Of a stretch of DNA of 64,000 nt, positions 9,457 through 19,277 are shown in pieces. The position numbers and the translations under genes were made by a program. The first letter of the stretch is position 1. Every line of letters starts with the position of its first letter. The DNA is from an uncultured delta proteobacterium (GTDB taxonomy: Bacteria; Myxococcota_A; Polyangia; Polyangiales; JAFGIB01): positions 64,001 to 128,000 of the forward strand of contig CAVZVA010000010.1 in assembly GCA_963778655.1 (NCBI GenBank). Direction: 5' to 3'. Under the pieces are notes generated by a model. It was not told the origin of the DNA. It saw only the letters and a list, made by a program, of their open reading frames with translations, and made no database searches.

Positions 9457-11202
9457 TCACAATCCTTGCAGTCGAATCGTATGCTCACCCGCGCCGCGCC
9501 TCTTCAGCTCGGTCTTGATCACGCGGTGGGTGCCGGTTTTGGGCAGCTCGCTCAACACGTCCAGATACGCCGGTAGCGCGTACTTCGGCAGGCGCTCTTT
9601 GAGAAACGAGAGCAGCCCCTGCGGGTCGAGTGTTCGCCCGTCGACCGGGACCACGGCGATCATGATGTCGTCCTCACCCACTTCCGACGGCACGCCGAAA
9701 GCCGCGCTCTCGAGCACGTCGGGGTGACTGTCGACCACCTTTTCGACCTCGTAGGCCGAAACGTTTTCGCCGCGGCGACGCATCGAGTCGGTATTGCGGC
9801 CGACGAAGTACAAAAACCCGGCGGCGTCCTTCTGCATCAAGTCGCCGGTGTGAAGCCAGCCGTCGACCACCTTCTCGTTGCTTGCGCGCTCGTTCTTGAA
9901 GTAAAGGACCTTGGATTCGTCGCGCTGTCCGACATGCACCATCAGCTCACCCGGCTCGCCGGCGGCCGCGTCGCCGCCGTCGGCCTTGACCAGGCGCCAC
10001 TGGACCGCGCGGGACGGTCGCCCGAGCGAGCCGACCGGCGCGTTACCCATGTTGAAGATGGTGACGCCGGCGCCATCGACCGCACCGTAGGCCTCCCACA
10101 GCGTGACGCCGAAGCGCCGCTCGAACGCTTCCCAGGCGTCCTTGGGACAAGCCGCGCTGATCACGCGTTTGACCTGGTGCGCCCGGTCGAACGGCGTCGG
10201 CGGCGTCTTGAGCAGGATCGGAATCATACCCCCGACGGTATTGAACTGGGTCGCGCCGCACTGCGCGAGCTCTTGCCAGAAGCGCGAGGCGCTGAAGCGC
10301 TTGCCCAGAACCAGCGGGATACCCAGCCACAGCGACTGCATCACGCTCAAGAGCAGTGCATTGGCGTGCACCAGCGGCAAGCAGGTGTAGAGCTTGTCGC
10401 TCGGCTCGTAGACGAGGTTGGCCAGCAAGCCGATGCTTTTGACACGCAGATTGCCGTACGGGCTCACCACCGCCTTCGGCAGCCCGGTCGTGCCTGAGGT
10501 GTAGAGCAGCAGGCTCGGTGCGCCGAGTGTCGGCTGTACGCCGAGATTTTCGCCGTCCTCTTCCCGCGCGTGGCAAAGCTCGTCGAACGGACGCATGCCG
10601 GCGGGCAGCTGAAAGTCATCGGGCGCCTCCGCCGCGTTCACCCAGATCTGTGCAATGCGCGGCAGGCGCTCGCGCACGACAACGATCTGCGCCGCAGTCA
10701 CGTGATCGCATACCACCGCAACCGACTCCGAGTGGTTCAGAATGTACTGTAGCCCCTCACCGACCAGCGCTGTGTTGACCGGCACGGCGTAGGCACCGAG
10801 CTTCTGGATCGCGAAGAACGTGTCCAGGAAGCGCGGGTGGTTGGATAGCATCAGCACCACACCCTGGTCGCGCCGAATGCCGGCGGCACGCAGGTTGCGC
10901 GCGATCCGGTTGGCGCGGCGGTTGTGCTCCTCGAAGGTGATGCGCTCGCTGCCGTACTCGAGGGCGGTGCGTGTCCCGTAGCGTTCGGCAGCCCACTCCA
11001 AGAGCTCGGCAAACGTGAAGTCGCGAGCGAAGCTCGGCGCACGCTGCGAAACGATCAGCGAAAGCGTGCGGGCGAGGGTCCCCTCGCGACGCTCGACGCG
11101 GATCAAGTGCCGCGCCACGCGCAGCGCGCCGCGCCGGAGGTCCTTACGCGACTGCTTGAGGCGAGCCGGGTCGATCACCGCGGTGCCCTCACCGACCGTC
11201 AT
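9457..11202 (-). CDS. Acyl-CoA ligase (CaiC-like AMP-binding enzyme)
   Basis: YTSGTTGLPKAV, GWLHTGDL, DSMRRRGENVSAYEVE, LPKTGTHRV. Confidence 0.92.
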   Translation of the reverse strand: MTVGEGTAVIDPARLKQSRKDLRRGALRVARHLIRVERREGTLARTLSLIVSQRAPSFARDFTFAELLEWAAERYGTRTALEYGSERITFEEHNRRANRIARNLRAAGIRRDQGVVLMLSNHPRFLDTFFAIQKLGAYAVPVNTALVGEGLQYILNHSESVAVVCDHVTAAQIVVVRERLPRIAQIWVNAAEAPDDFQLPAGMRPFDELCHAREEDGENLGVQPTLGAPSLLLYTSGTTGLPKAVVSPYGNLRVKSIGLLANLVYEPSDKLYTCLPLVHANALLLSVMQSLWLGIPLVLGKRFSASRFWQELAQCGATQFNTVGGMIPILLKTPPTPFDRAHQVKRVISAACPKDAWEAFERRFGVTLWEAYGAVDGAGVTIFNMGNAPVGSLGRPSRAVQWRLVKADGGDAAAGEPGELMVHVGQRDESKVLYFKNERASNEKVVDGWLHTGDLMQKDAAGFLYFVGRNTDSMRRRGENVSAYEVEKVVDSHPDVLESAAFGVPSEVGEDDIMIAVVPVDGRTLDPQGLLSFLKERLPKYALPAYLDVLSELPKTGTHRVIKTELKRRGAGEHTIRLQGL

Positions 11203-12773
11203 CAGCCGCCCCGCCTGGTCAGAAGCCCGCGCGCCACGTGCAGCCGGTTGATCTGGTTGGTGCCTTCGAATATCTGCCCGAGCTTGGCGTCACGCATGCA
11301 CTTCTCAACGCCCCACTGTGGATCGTTGGCGTCCGGGCCCAAGATCTCCATCGCCTGCATCGCCGTGCGTACGGACAAGTCGCTGCAGGCGAACTTCGCG
11401 ATCGACGAGTGCGCCACCAAACGTTGCAGCACGTCGGGGCCAGTCAGGCGGTCGACCAGCGCCTGCGAGCGACCGAGCGAAAGGGCTTTGTCGACGAGCG
11501 CTCGGTAGCCCTGCGAGCGCGCGACCCAGCCGGGGATCTTGCTCGGCATCCCACGCAATGCGGCGCCTATGCCGAAGTAGTCGACGGCCAACGCGGCGTC
11601 GGTGTACAGCCCGCGGCCGGCCTGCAATGCCGCCAGCATCTCCCCCAGCCGCAGCTGCACGTGTTGCTGCTCGAACAACCACTGGCCGCGCACGCGCTTG
11701 TGCTGCAAGTAGCGTAGCGTGCGCTCGAGCGTACCGCGCACGATGCCGGTCGCCATCGCGCCGACCGGACCTCGCGTCAACACCAGCGTACCGTCGATAG
11801 TGCGGCCGCCGTCGTTCATGCGCACTGCGTCGCGTTCGGGCACGAACACGTCCTCGCACACCACCTCGGCCGCGGTCGAAAGACGCTGGCCGAGCTTGTG
11901 CTCGATGCGTCCGATCGACAACCCCGGTGCGCCCTTCGGCACCAGAAACGAGCGCATCGTCTGCAGCGGGCGGTGCAGGTCCTCGAAGGCCGTCACCACG
12001 CTGTAGTGGGCGACCGAGCCGTTGGAGATGAAGACCTTGCGTGCGTTGAGCCGGTAACCGCCGGGCACACGGGTGAATCGCGAGCCGACCTTGGCTCGCC
12101 CGATGTCGTCCACGTCCTCGACGTCGCTGCCTCCGCCTGGCTCGGTGTGCGCGAGCGCGAGTACCATCGGCTCGCCACGGCTTTCGGCCGCGATCAGCTC
12201 GCCGGCCAGGCGGTTGAGCATACGCATATCGCCCGAGGCGATGATCAGCGACAGCGCCAGAGCGTGCGCGCCGAACAGCACGAACACTCCCGCGTCGGCG
12301 GCAGCGATCTCCTCGGCAAACAGCGCGGTGGGCATTGAACCAAGGCCCATTCCGCCCAGCACCCCCGGGATGTTGAGGCTGTAGAAGCGGTAGGGCACCG
12401 CCGCTTGGAGCACGGGCCACGGAATCAGGTCGTGGTCGTTGCCAATGCGCTCGTCCCAGTCCTCGACGCGCCCGAGTAGTTCCTGCTCGGCGAACGCGCG
12501 CGTCAACCGGCAGGTCCGTTGGCACTGCTCGTAGACACCGGCGTTCGCGGCACGCAAGAGCGGCGCGATCGGCCGGTGCTCGAAGTCGCGCAGCGCGTAG
12601 TCGAGCTCGAAGGGGTCCAGACGCTCGCCGCGGGCGACCTTTGCACTCGAGGCCAGCTGAGGTGTGCGGTCGCTTGCCGCCCCGACCGCGGCGGGCGCGT
12701 GCGTAGACTCCTGTGCCGCGCGCCCGGGATGGGTCGGAGGCGATCTCTTTGGGCTAGGTTGTTCGTGCAGCAT
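11202..12773 (-). CDS. Acyl-CoA dehydrogenase
   Basis: AHTEPGGGSD, LNARKVFISNG, EHKLGQR, VEKCMRDAKLGQIFEGTNQINR (MCAD-type catalytic Glu). Confidence 0.92.
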   Translation of the reverse strand: MLHEQPSPKRSPPTHPGRAAQESTHAPAAVGAASDRTPQLASSAKVARGERLDPFELDYALRDFEHRPIAPLLRAANAGVYEQCQRTCRLTRAFAEQELLGRVEDWDERIGNDHDLIPWPVLQAAVPYRFYSLNIPGVLGGMGLGSMPTALFAEEIAAADAGVFVLFGAHALALSLIIASGDMRMLNRLAGELIAAESRGEPMVLALAHTEPGGGSDVEDVDDIGRAKVGSRFTRVPGGYRLNARKVFISNGSVAHYSVVTAFEDLHRPLQTMRSFLVPKGAPGLSIGRIEHKLGQRLSTAAEVVCEDVFVPERDAVRMNDGGRTIDGTLVLTRGPVGAMATGIVRGTLERTLRYLQHKRVRGQWLFEQQHVQLRLGEMLAALQAGRGLYTDAALAVDYFGIGAALRGMPSKIPGWVARSQGYRALVDKALSLGRSQALVDRLTGPDVLQRLVAHSSIAKFACSDLSVRTAMQAMEILGPDANDPQWGVEKCMRDAKLGQIFEGTNQINRLHVARGLLTRRGG

Positions 12774-12785
12774 CGGGTTGGCTCC

Positions 12786-13850
12786 TCAGCTCGCCATGCG
12801 GGCGATGTCGATGCGCGCGATCGCTCGGCGACGGTCGGCCGCATGAATCCAAAACGTCTCCAGAGTGTTGGCGTCGCGCAAATAGCGCTCCACCCGGTAG
12901 TCGCGCATGTAGCCATAGCCGCCCAACGTCTGCACGGCGTCCAGGCCCGCCTGACGACCAAGCTCGATCGCGAACGCGCTTGCTCCCCCGTCGCCTGGGG
13001 GCTGCCGCCGCAACGCGCTGTGCGCCAGCGCGGGCAGCACGCGCCGGCACAGGGCGATAGGGCCGAGCAGCTCCTGCACCGCGTCGTGCTCGTGGATCAT
13101 CTTGCCGCCCTGGTAACGTTGCAGCGCGTAGCTCGCGGCGCGCTCCCACAGCTCCTCATTGAGCCCGCTCAAGAGCGAGGTCAGCAGCCCGTCCGCGAGC
13201 GCGGCGCTCTTGCCCGCGCTCGGCCAGGGGAAGCACTGGTCCATGGGCAGCGCGACCGAATCGAGCGTCAACGTGCCGAACGGTAGCAGCGTCAAGCCAT
13301 GACTCGAAGCCAGCGGCGAGAACGACACACCCGGCGCGCCGGCCTCGAGCACGCACAGCTGCAAGCCGCGCACCGAGCACGCGGGCACGAGCAGCCAGTG
13401 GGGGTGCGGCCACAGCACGCGCGCCTGCCCGTGCAGCAACGCCGGCTCATCGCCCGACAGCTCGAAGCCCGATTCGGGCAGGGCATCGAGCGGCGAGGCC
13501 ACCAGCGTCATACGCGCCTCCGACACCACGCCGGCGAGCGCCGGCGGCAGCGTTGGCGCTGCGCTCTCGCACAACAACGCGTGGGCGCAGACGTGCGCGA
13601 TCAGCGCCGCAGCCAGCGAGGGGCAGGCAGCACCCAGTGCGCTCAAGATCTCGAACTGATCGTCGGGCTCGAGCGCGAGACCACCGTGCCGCTCGAGCAG
13701 ACCGAAGCCGGTCAATCCCACCTCCGACAAGCTCCTCCACAGACTCCGAAAGCGCTCGCGGTCGGCCAGCTCGAGCGCCTCCCAGGCGGGCTCGATCTCT
13801 CGGCGCCGGAAGGCGCGCAGTGTGTCACGGAGCATATTGTCGGTGCTCAT
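12786..13850 (-). CDS. Acyl-CoA dehydrogenase-like protein (short, degenerate)
   Basis: YALQRYQGGKMIHEHDAVQ, AVQTLGGYGYMRDYRVERYLRDA; lacks the TEP..GSD and IYEG motifs. Confidence 0.85.
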   Translation of the reverse strand: MSTDNMLRDTLRAFRRREIEPAWEALELADRERFRSLWRSLSEVGLTGFGLLERHGGLALEPDDQFEILSALGAACPSLAAALIAHVCAHALLCESAAPTLPPALAGVVSEARMTLVASPLDALPESGFELSGDEPALLHGQARVLWPHPHWLLVPACSVRGLQLCVLEAGAPGVSFSPLASSHGLTLLPFGTLTLDSVALPMDQCFPWPSAGKSAALADGLLTSLLSGLNEELWERAASYALQRYQGGKMIHEHDAVQELLGPIALCRRVLPALAHSALRRQPPGDGGASAFAIELGRQAGLDAVQTLGGYGYMRDYRVERYLRDANTLETFWIHAADRRRAIARIDIARMAS

Positions 13851-13863
13851 GTCGATCGCCCCG

Positions 13864-15012
13864 TCATGCCGGTTGGAGGTTGGGCTGCGCGGCGTTGAAT
13901 GTCCGTGCGCCCTCGCCGGTCGAGACGCGGGCGGTCGTGCCGATCTCTTCCAGTCGCTGCAGCAGGTGACGCGCGCCCAGCGTCTGCGCCAGCGACACGT
14001 AGCCAAAGCGGCGCGCGTGACCGGCGAGCAGCTCCTGGGCGCCCATCGCGGCCATGAACCCGGTAAAGAGGTAGGGTGAGTCGCCGTCGAGCTGCACCTG
14101 CACGCGCGCGGCACGCCCGGTACCTTTGGCGAGCACGACGAAGCGACTGGCGGATCGATCTTCGCGCGGGGGGTCTTGCTTCCAGCGCAACACCGCGGCA
14201 TCGCTCCAAGCGTCGACCGTGTCGCCGTCGACGAAGCGACCGAGCAGACGGTTGGCGGTCAAGCTCCAAAGCCGAAAGACACCCGCGGCGCGCACCAGGG
14301 TGTCCGAGGCAAAATACGTCTTGCAGTTGTGAACGCGCGCGTCGCCGGCAAAGAAGCTGGCCTCACCCGCGCCCACGCACAGTGCTCCCACCCGGCCGCG
14401 ACCGGGAACCTCGACCTGGTGCACCTCTGTCGGATCGACCGCGACCCGCTGGCCGTCCTGCAACACTTCGCTCCGGCGTCGCACGCTGCGCATCATCGAC
14501 TGCAGCGAGGCCACGGTCTGGAGCGAAGGCGGTGCATAGATGACTTCGATCGTGTCGATGCCCGGCGTCTCCAGGCACAGCTGGGCCGCGGCGGTACCCG
14601 GACCCCAGAGGAACGCCGAAGACAGGCCGAGCACCAGCTTCTGCTGCGCAAAGCGGGCGTCGTAGTCGCGCCGTACGTCGAACATGAAATCCTGCTCGCC
14701 GGTGATATCGAGGTAATGCACGCCGGCGGCCAGTGCCGCTCGCACCACCGGCAGCCCCAGCAGTGAGAACGGTCCCGATGTGTTGATCACCACGCGCGTG
14801 CCTGACAGCAGCTCGCTCAGCGCGTCCTGCTCGTGTGGTACGGCGATCGTCTGACAGACGGCGCCGCTGGCCGACAGCTCCCTCGCCACGGCGTCCAGCC
14901 GGTCGTGACTACGGCCGGCGGCAATGAACGGAATCCCGAAGCGGGTCAGGGCTTCGCAGGTCAGGCGACCGGTGTAACCGCTTGCGCCATAGACGACGAC
15001 GGGTTGCTTCAT
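13864..15012 (-). CDS. Saccharopine dehydrogenase-like NAD(P)-binding oxidoreductase
   Basis: VVVYGASGYTGRL, AAGRS, VINTSGPF, HYLDITGEQ. Confidence 0.88.
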   Translation of the reverse strand: MKQPVVVYGASGYTGRLTCEALTRFGIPFIAAGRSHDRLDAVARELSASGAVCQTIAVPHEQDALSELLSGTRVVINTSGPFSLLGLPVVRAALAAGVHYLDITGEQDFMFDVRRDYDARFAQQKLVLGLSSAFLWGPGTAAAQLCLETPGIDTIEVIYAPPSLQTVASLQSMMRSVRRRSEVLQDGQRVAVDPTEVHQVEVPGRGRVGALCVGAGEASFFAGDARVHNCKTYFASDTLVRAAGVFRLWSLTANRLLGRFVDGDTVDAWSDAAVLRWKQDPPREDRSASRFVVLAKGTGRAARVQVQLDGDSPYLFTGFMAAMGAQELLAGHARRFGYVSLAQTLGARHLLQRLEEIGTTARVSTGEGARTFNAAQPNLQPA

Positions 15013-15097
15013 GGGGAGGACTCCTTGTCGGGATCGGAGGTTCGACCGGCATCGCGTGCAGGCATCGGCCCGCGGGCCTGTTGCTTGCGCGCGCTCT

Positions 15098-15137
15098 GCT
15101 ATTGAACCATTGTTAATAGCAATTGAGACACGTTCAA
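15098..15137. promoter_or_regulatory. Putative tandem TetR operator in the divergent intergenic region
   Basis: AT-rich patch GCTATTGAACCATTGTTAATAGC (6-bp inverted arms) followed by TTGAGACACGTTCAA; two TTGA-N7-T(C/T)AA sites 21 bp apart. Confidence 0.5.
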
Positions 15138-15331
15138 CAAGAGTCTGCTGGAGCTCGATCTCCCAGTTGCGCCAGGCCAAGCCAGGCGCACAGCGGGAGC
15201 CGGGGCCGGCTTGGGCAGGCCGCGAGGCTGCCGCCGCCGAGCGCTTGCAAGCACTTGAAATCAGACCATAATCAGCGTCGCCCTCGGGACCCCGGGGCAC
15301 TGGTGGCGGCGAACCGGACGGCGGGTGTCGT

Positions 15332-16141
15332 ATGAGGTCTGGCCAACTAGGCGGAGCCGGCGCGCGAGGCCTCGCGAACGCACGCAAGGCGCGCGCCAAG
15401 GCCACTCAGGAGAAAGGCGCCGGATCCTCCGGCGATCGGCGCAAGGCAAGCCCCGGCAAGCCGAAGCCCTCCACGACGGCCAGCGCGGCGCCGCGGCGAC
15501 TGCCGCCGGAGGCGCGGCGCGCGCAGATCCTGCAGGTGGCCGCCGCGCTATTTGTCGAGCGCCCCTACGACGCGATCGGCATCGCCGACGTCGCCAACGG
15601 CGCGGGCATCACGCAGGGCCTGCTGTACCACTACTTCGAGAGCAAGGAGCGACTGTTCGCCGCTGCGGTCGAGGCCAGTGCGCGAGAGCTGTTGCGCGCC
15701 TGCCTGCCGGACCAGAGCCTGCCATTGCCCGAGCAATTCGAGCTCGGTGTACGCGGCTATCTCGACTTCGTCGAGGCGCACCGGGTCGCCTACTCGAACC
15801 TCTTTCACGGACCGGCGGCGACCGAGCCCGAGCTGCAGCGCGTCGCCGATGGCACACGCCAGGCGATCATCGAGCACGTGGTCGGCGTGATGGGCCTGTC
15901 CGAGCACGAGATCCCCGCCACGCGCCTATCGCTGCGCGGCTACATCGGCTACGCCGAAAGCGCGATCCTGCAGTGGGTCGACACCGAAAGCGTGCCGCGC
16001 GCCACGTTGGAGCGGCTGATCTTCGCCGTTATCATCACCGCGCTACGCATGGGGCTGCAGAGCGACCCGGACGTGCCGCTGCGCCCGGACGAGCTGGCCG
16101 AGTTCGAACACGCCTACAAGCGGCACTTCCACCTGCCGTAG
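15332..16141 (+). CDS. TetR/AcrR family transcriptional regulator
   Basis: RRAQILQVAAALF...IADVANGAGITQGLLYHYFESKERLF HTH. Confidence 0.93.
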   Translation: MRSGQLGGAGARGLANARKARAKATQEKGAGSSGDRRKASPGKPKPSTTASAAPRRLPPEARRAQILQVAAALFVERPYDAIGIADVANGAGITQGLLYHYFESKERLFAAAVEASARELLRACLPDQSLPLPEQFELGVRGYLDFVEAHRVAYSNLFHGPAATEPELQRVADGTRQAIIEHVVGVMGLSEHEIPATRLSLRGYIGYAESAILQWVDTESVPRATLERLIFAVIITALRMGLQSDPDVPLRPDELAEFEHAYKRHFHLP

Positions 16142-16236
16142 CGTGCGCGGGTCAGCACACCCATCTCGAAAGCGTTCGTGATGTTGCCGCGCGCCGAGGC
16201 GCCTGACGCGAGCGCCGCGACGCGTAACGGTGAGAC

Positions 16237-17991
16237 TCAGGCGCGCGCGTGCTCGTGGCTGCTGGCGCGGTAGTGGGTGACGCGCGTCGGCGGCATCCAC
16301 TGGCTCTCGGTCTGCTGCGCCCGCCGCTCGAGCCTGCGTATGCCCAGCGCGACGACCTCACCCGCGATACGGCGGTACAGTCCCCGCACCACGAAGTCGG
16401 AAGCCAGTAGCGCGCGTGCCTGCGAAAGCAGTTGCTCGGTGCGCTCTGCAACCTGCGGGGATGGCGCGTTGCGCAGCAGGCCGACGATCACAGGGTAGAG
16501 CGTGCGGATCTGCTTCAGCTCGAGCTTGGCCTGATGGCGCAAGAACTCGCTGTCATCTCCGTGCAGCTGTTCGTACGACAGCAAATGACTCTCGAAGATC
16601 TGCAGCACGGGCGAGCCATTTTGCAGCCTCAAGCGATCATGCGCGAAGTCGAACCAGTGTCGAATTTCATCGGCGCTGAAGTGCTCGAAGTGATGGGTGC
16701 CCGACTCCCAGAGGTGAAAATCCTCCCAGCCGTAGTTCTGCTTCACCCGCGCGTTCCTGCTCATAAGATGATAGAGCTTGGTGCCTGGACACGGCCGCAT
16801 TGGGCCGATCTGGTAGAAGGTCGGGCGTAGCTTCACGAAGTGCTCGATGTCGCGTTCGATGTTCTCTGGCGTGTGGAAGTCGAAACCGAGGATCATCGAG
16901 CCGATGGTGAAGATGCCGAAGCGCCGCAAATCGTCGAACAGTTGTTGCGGCGAGCGGGCAGTCTTGCGCTTGGCGTAGGTGGCCTTGTTGGTCGAGCCGT
17001 CGGTCAGGCCCGACTCGACGCCGATCCAGATGCCCTCGACGCCGTTGTCGCGCAGCTCGCGCGGCGTGAAGCTCGCGAGCGCACGCATCGAGCCGAAGGA
17101 AATCCAGCGGAAGCCCCAGGTCTCGGGGTTGGAGCGGATCAGGCGGCCGAGCGCACGCACGAACGGCGGATCGAGGAAGATGTCCTCGTCGAACAAGATG
17201 AACGTGAGCTCGTCCTTGCCTAGCTTGCGCGCTTGGTGCTTCATGCAGTCGTAGACCTCCTCGGGCGTGAAGACCTGCACCTTCTTGTAATGGAAGAACG
17301 CGGAGGTGTTGCAGAAGTCGCACGCCGAGGGGCAGCCGAGCGAGACCAGGATCGCCGGCAACTGAAGCACCGTGCGCGGACCGTCGTAGGGGCGTACCGT
17401 CGCCGGTGGCAGAGTGTACTGCGTGATCGGGCGGTCGAACGGCTCGTCGCCGAGCAACTCCCGCATGAAGCGGATGCCCTCGGTGCGGCAGAAGTAGTCG
17501 ACGTGCGAGAGCAGATAGCCGCGATGGCCCTCGGGATCGTTGGGCACGCCCTCGTGCAGGGTCGAGACGCCGTAGCCACCGAGCACCACGATCGCATCCG
17601 GCCGCTGGCTGCGGATCTGCTTGACCATCCGTGCCACGCGCGGAACGTGGATGGTCTTGGTTTCGATGCAGATGACGTCGTAGCCATCGTTCAGCGCACG
17701 CGTGAACTGTTCCTGGCTCGGATACTCGAGCACCGTGGCCGTGTTGCTGATGTTCTCCGCGATCAGGTACATCGACCAGGTGGGCAGCACCGCCGCACGC
17801 TCCAGCATGGCATGACCGCGTGCCAGCCGAGCCCCGAGCAGATCGCTCGGCGATTGCCCCCATTTCAGATCGTAGGGACCGCAGGCGTTGGTGATCAGCA
17901 CGCGTTTGTTGCGGCCGTCGGGGATGGCTGCGGTCGCGCAGGGACTAAAGCGACTCGGTGCCGGGGTGGATAGGGTTCCGTCCATGGCCAT
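16237..17991 (-). CDS. B12-binding-domain radical SAM protein
   Basis: N-terminal Rossmann-like YDVICI...IVVLGGYG; GCPSACDFC; IWIGVES; GSMILGFDFHT; RPCPGTKLY. Confidence 0.88.
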   Translation of the reverse strand: MAMDGTLSTPAPSRFSPCATAAIPDGRNKRVLITNACGPYDLKWGQSPSDLLGARLARGHAMLERAAVLPTWSMYLIAENISNTATVLEYPSQEQFTRALNDGYDVICIETKTIHVPRVARMVKQIRSQRPDAIVVLGGYGVSTLHEGVPNDPEGHRGYLLSHVDYFCRTEGIRFMRELLGDEPFDRPITQYTLPPATVRPYDGPRTVLQLPAILVSLGCPSACDFCNTSAFFHYKKVQVFTPEEVYDCMKHQARKLGKDELTFILFDEDIFLDPPFVRALGRLIRSNPETWGFRWISFGSMRALASFTPRELRDNGVEGIWIGVESGLTDGSTNKATYAKRKTARSPQQLFDDLRRFGIFTIGSMILGFDFHTPENIERDIEHFVKLRPTFYQIGPMRPCPGTKLYHLMSRNARVKQNYGWEDFHLWESGTHHFEHFSADEIRHWFDFAHDRLRLQNGSPVLQIFESHLLSYEQLHGDDSEFLRHQAKLELKQIRTLYPVIVGLLRNAPSPQVAERTEQLLSQARALLASDFVVRGLYRRIAGEVVALGIRRLERRAQQTESQWMPPTRVTHYRASSHEHARA

Positions 17992-18030
17992 CGTTCTCTC
18001 CGTCGGGTACGTGCCATTCGAGCCGCCGAG

Positions 18031-18969
18031 TCAGACCGCGTGCGGCAGCGGATGCGCGCGGCCCTGGTCGTTCTGCGCTCGAGTTAGAAAGGCTGAAATC
18101 GCATCCACGATGCGCTCGGGTTGGTCCTCCTGCAGGAAGTGACTGGCGTCCTCGATCCGGACGGTTGGCGCTCGGTTGGGCAGGCGGCGCTCAAACTCTT
18201 CGAGAAACCACGGCATGAACACAGGATCGCGCATGCCCCAGATCAGCTGCGTGGGCACGTCCCAGCCATCGAGCTCAGCGCCCGTCTCGCGCAGTAACTG
18301 CCAAGCCGAATCTGTCTTGCGTATCGGCACCTGGCGCACGCTTGCCAGCTGGGCACGCCGCGAGGCCCAGGTCGGGTATGGCGCCAGGTATGCGCGGCGC
18401 ACCGCGGACGTGAGGCGATCACGGTGATGAGTACCGAGCGGCAGCAGCAGGCGTACGAAGCCGCCCATGCCCTGCACGAACAGCTCGCCGAACAAAGGCA
18501 GCCGCAACGACCACAGCAGCGGAAAGCCCCACGCTCGTGGGCGCTGGCGGGCGAGCTGCCACGGACTCTCCGGTACGAAGCCTGCGGTGTTGAGCACCAC
18601 CAGCCGCTTGACGAGCGCTTTGTGACGCGCCGCCCAGGACAAGCCGATCACGCCGCCCCAGTCCTGCACCACGAGCGTGACGTCGCGCAGCTGCAGTGCC
18701 TGAACGAACGCTTCCAACCGCATCACGTGAGCCCGCATCGAATAGTCGGCGCCAGCCGGCTTGTCCGACAGCCCGAAGCCAAGGTGGTCGGGCGCGATGC
18801 AGCGTGCCTGCGAAGACAGGCCGGTGATGATGTGCCGGTACAGATACGACCAAGTCGGATTGCCGTGCAACAGCAGGATGGTCTCGCCGTGCCCTTCGTC
18901 GACGTAGTGGACGCGATGCCCACAGACTTGGCGGTAGCGCGACTCGAAAGGGTAGGCCGGCAGCTCCAT
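18031..18969 (-). CDS. Alpha/beta hydrolase of the haloalkane dehalogenase/OleB family
   Basis: HYVDEG, LHGNPTWSYLYR, APDHLGFGLSDKP, VQDWGG (Asp nucleophile), WGMRDPVF, ASHFLQED. Confidence 0.9.
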   Translation of the reverse strand: MELPAYPFESRYRQVCGHRVHYVDEGHGETILLLHGNPTWSYLYRHIITGLSSQARCIAPDHLGFGLSDKPAGADYSMRAHVMRLEAFVQALQLRDVTLVVQDWGGVIGLSWAARHKALVKRLVVLNTAGFVPESPWQLARQRPRAWGFPLLWSLRLPLFGELFVQGMGGFVRLLLPLGTHHRDRLTSAVRRAYLAPYPTWASRRAQLASVRQVPIRKTDSAWQLLRETGAELDGWDVPTQLIWGMRDPVFMPWFLEEFERRLPNRAPTVRIEDASHFLQEDQPERIVDAISAFLTRAQNDQGRAHPLPHAV

Positions 18970-19277
18970 CGGGCTCGCTCCACTTCACATAAGCGTTAGT
19001 ATGTCACGCTGAGCGATCGGGGTGGTCTCAGCAACATCAAACACTGTCACACTCGATAGTGAATTGATGCTACGCATAGGGCGTACGCGACTTGCGAAAT
19101 CGCAATCCGAGCAGGGAACCATCGAGACTCGGGTCGAGACGGGTCGAGACGACCTCACGCCGTCGTGTCCCGGAAGGGATTGGGGTCAGTAGGGCTAATT
19201 CCGCGCGGCAGAATGGGAGCGATGCGATGTCCTAAATGACCGATCACGATTGGGGAACGGCCATGCCGATCGGTCAC

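Noticed and set aside
8019..18969. oleABCD olefin or beta-lactone biosynthesis cluster
   Set aside because: The thiolase is SCP-x type rather than OleA/FabH-like, the ligase is CaiC-like and there is no OleD-type reductase; only the hydrolase resembles OleB
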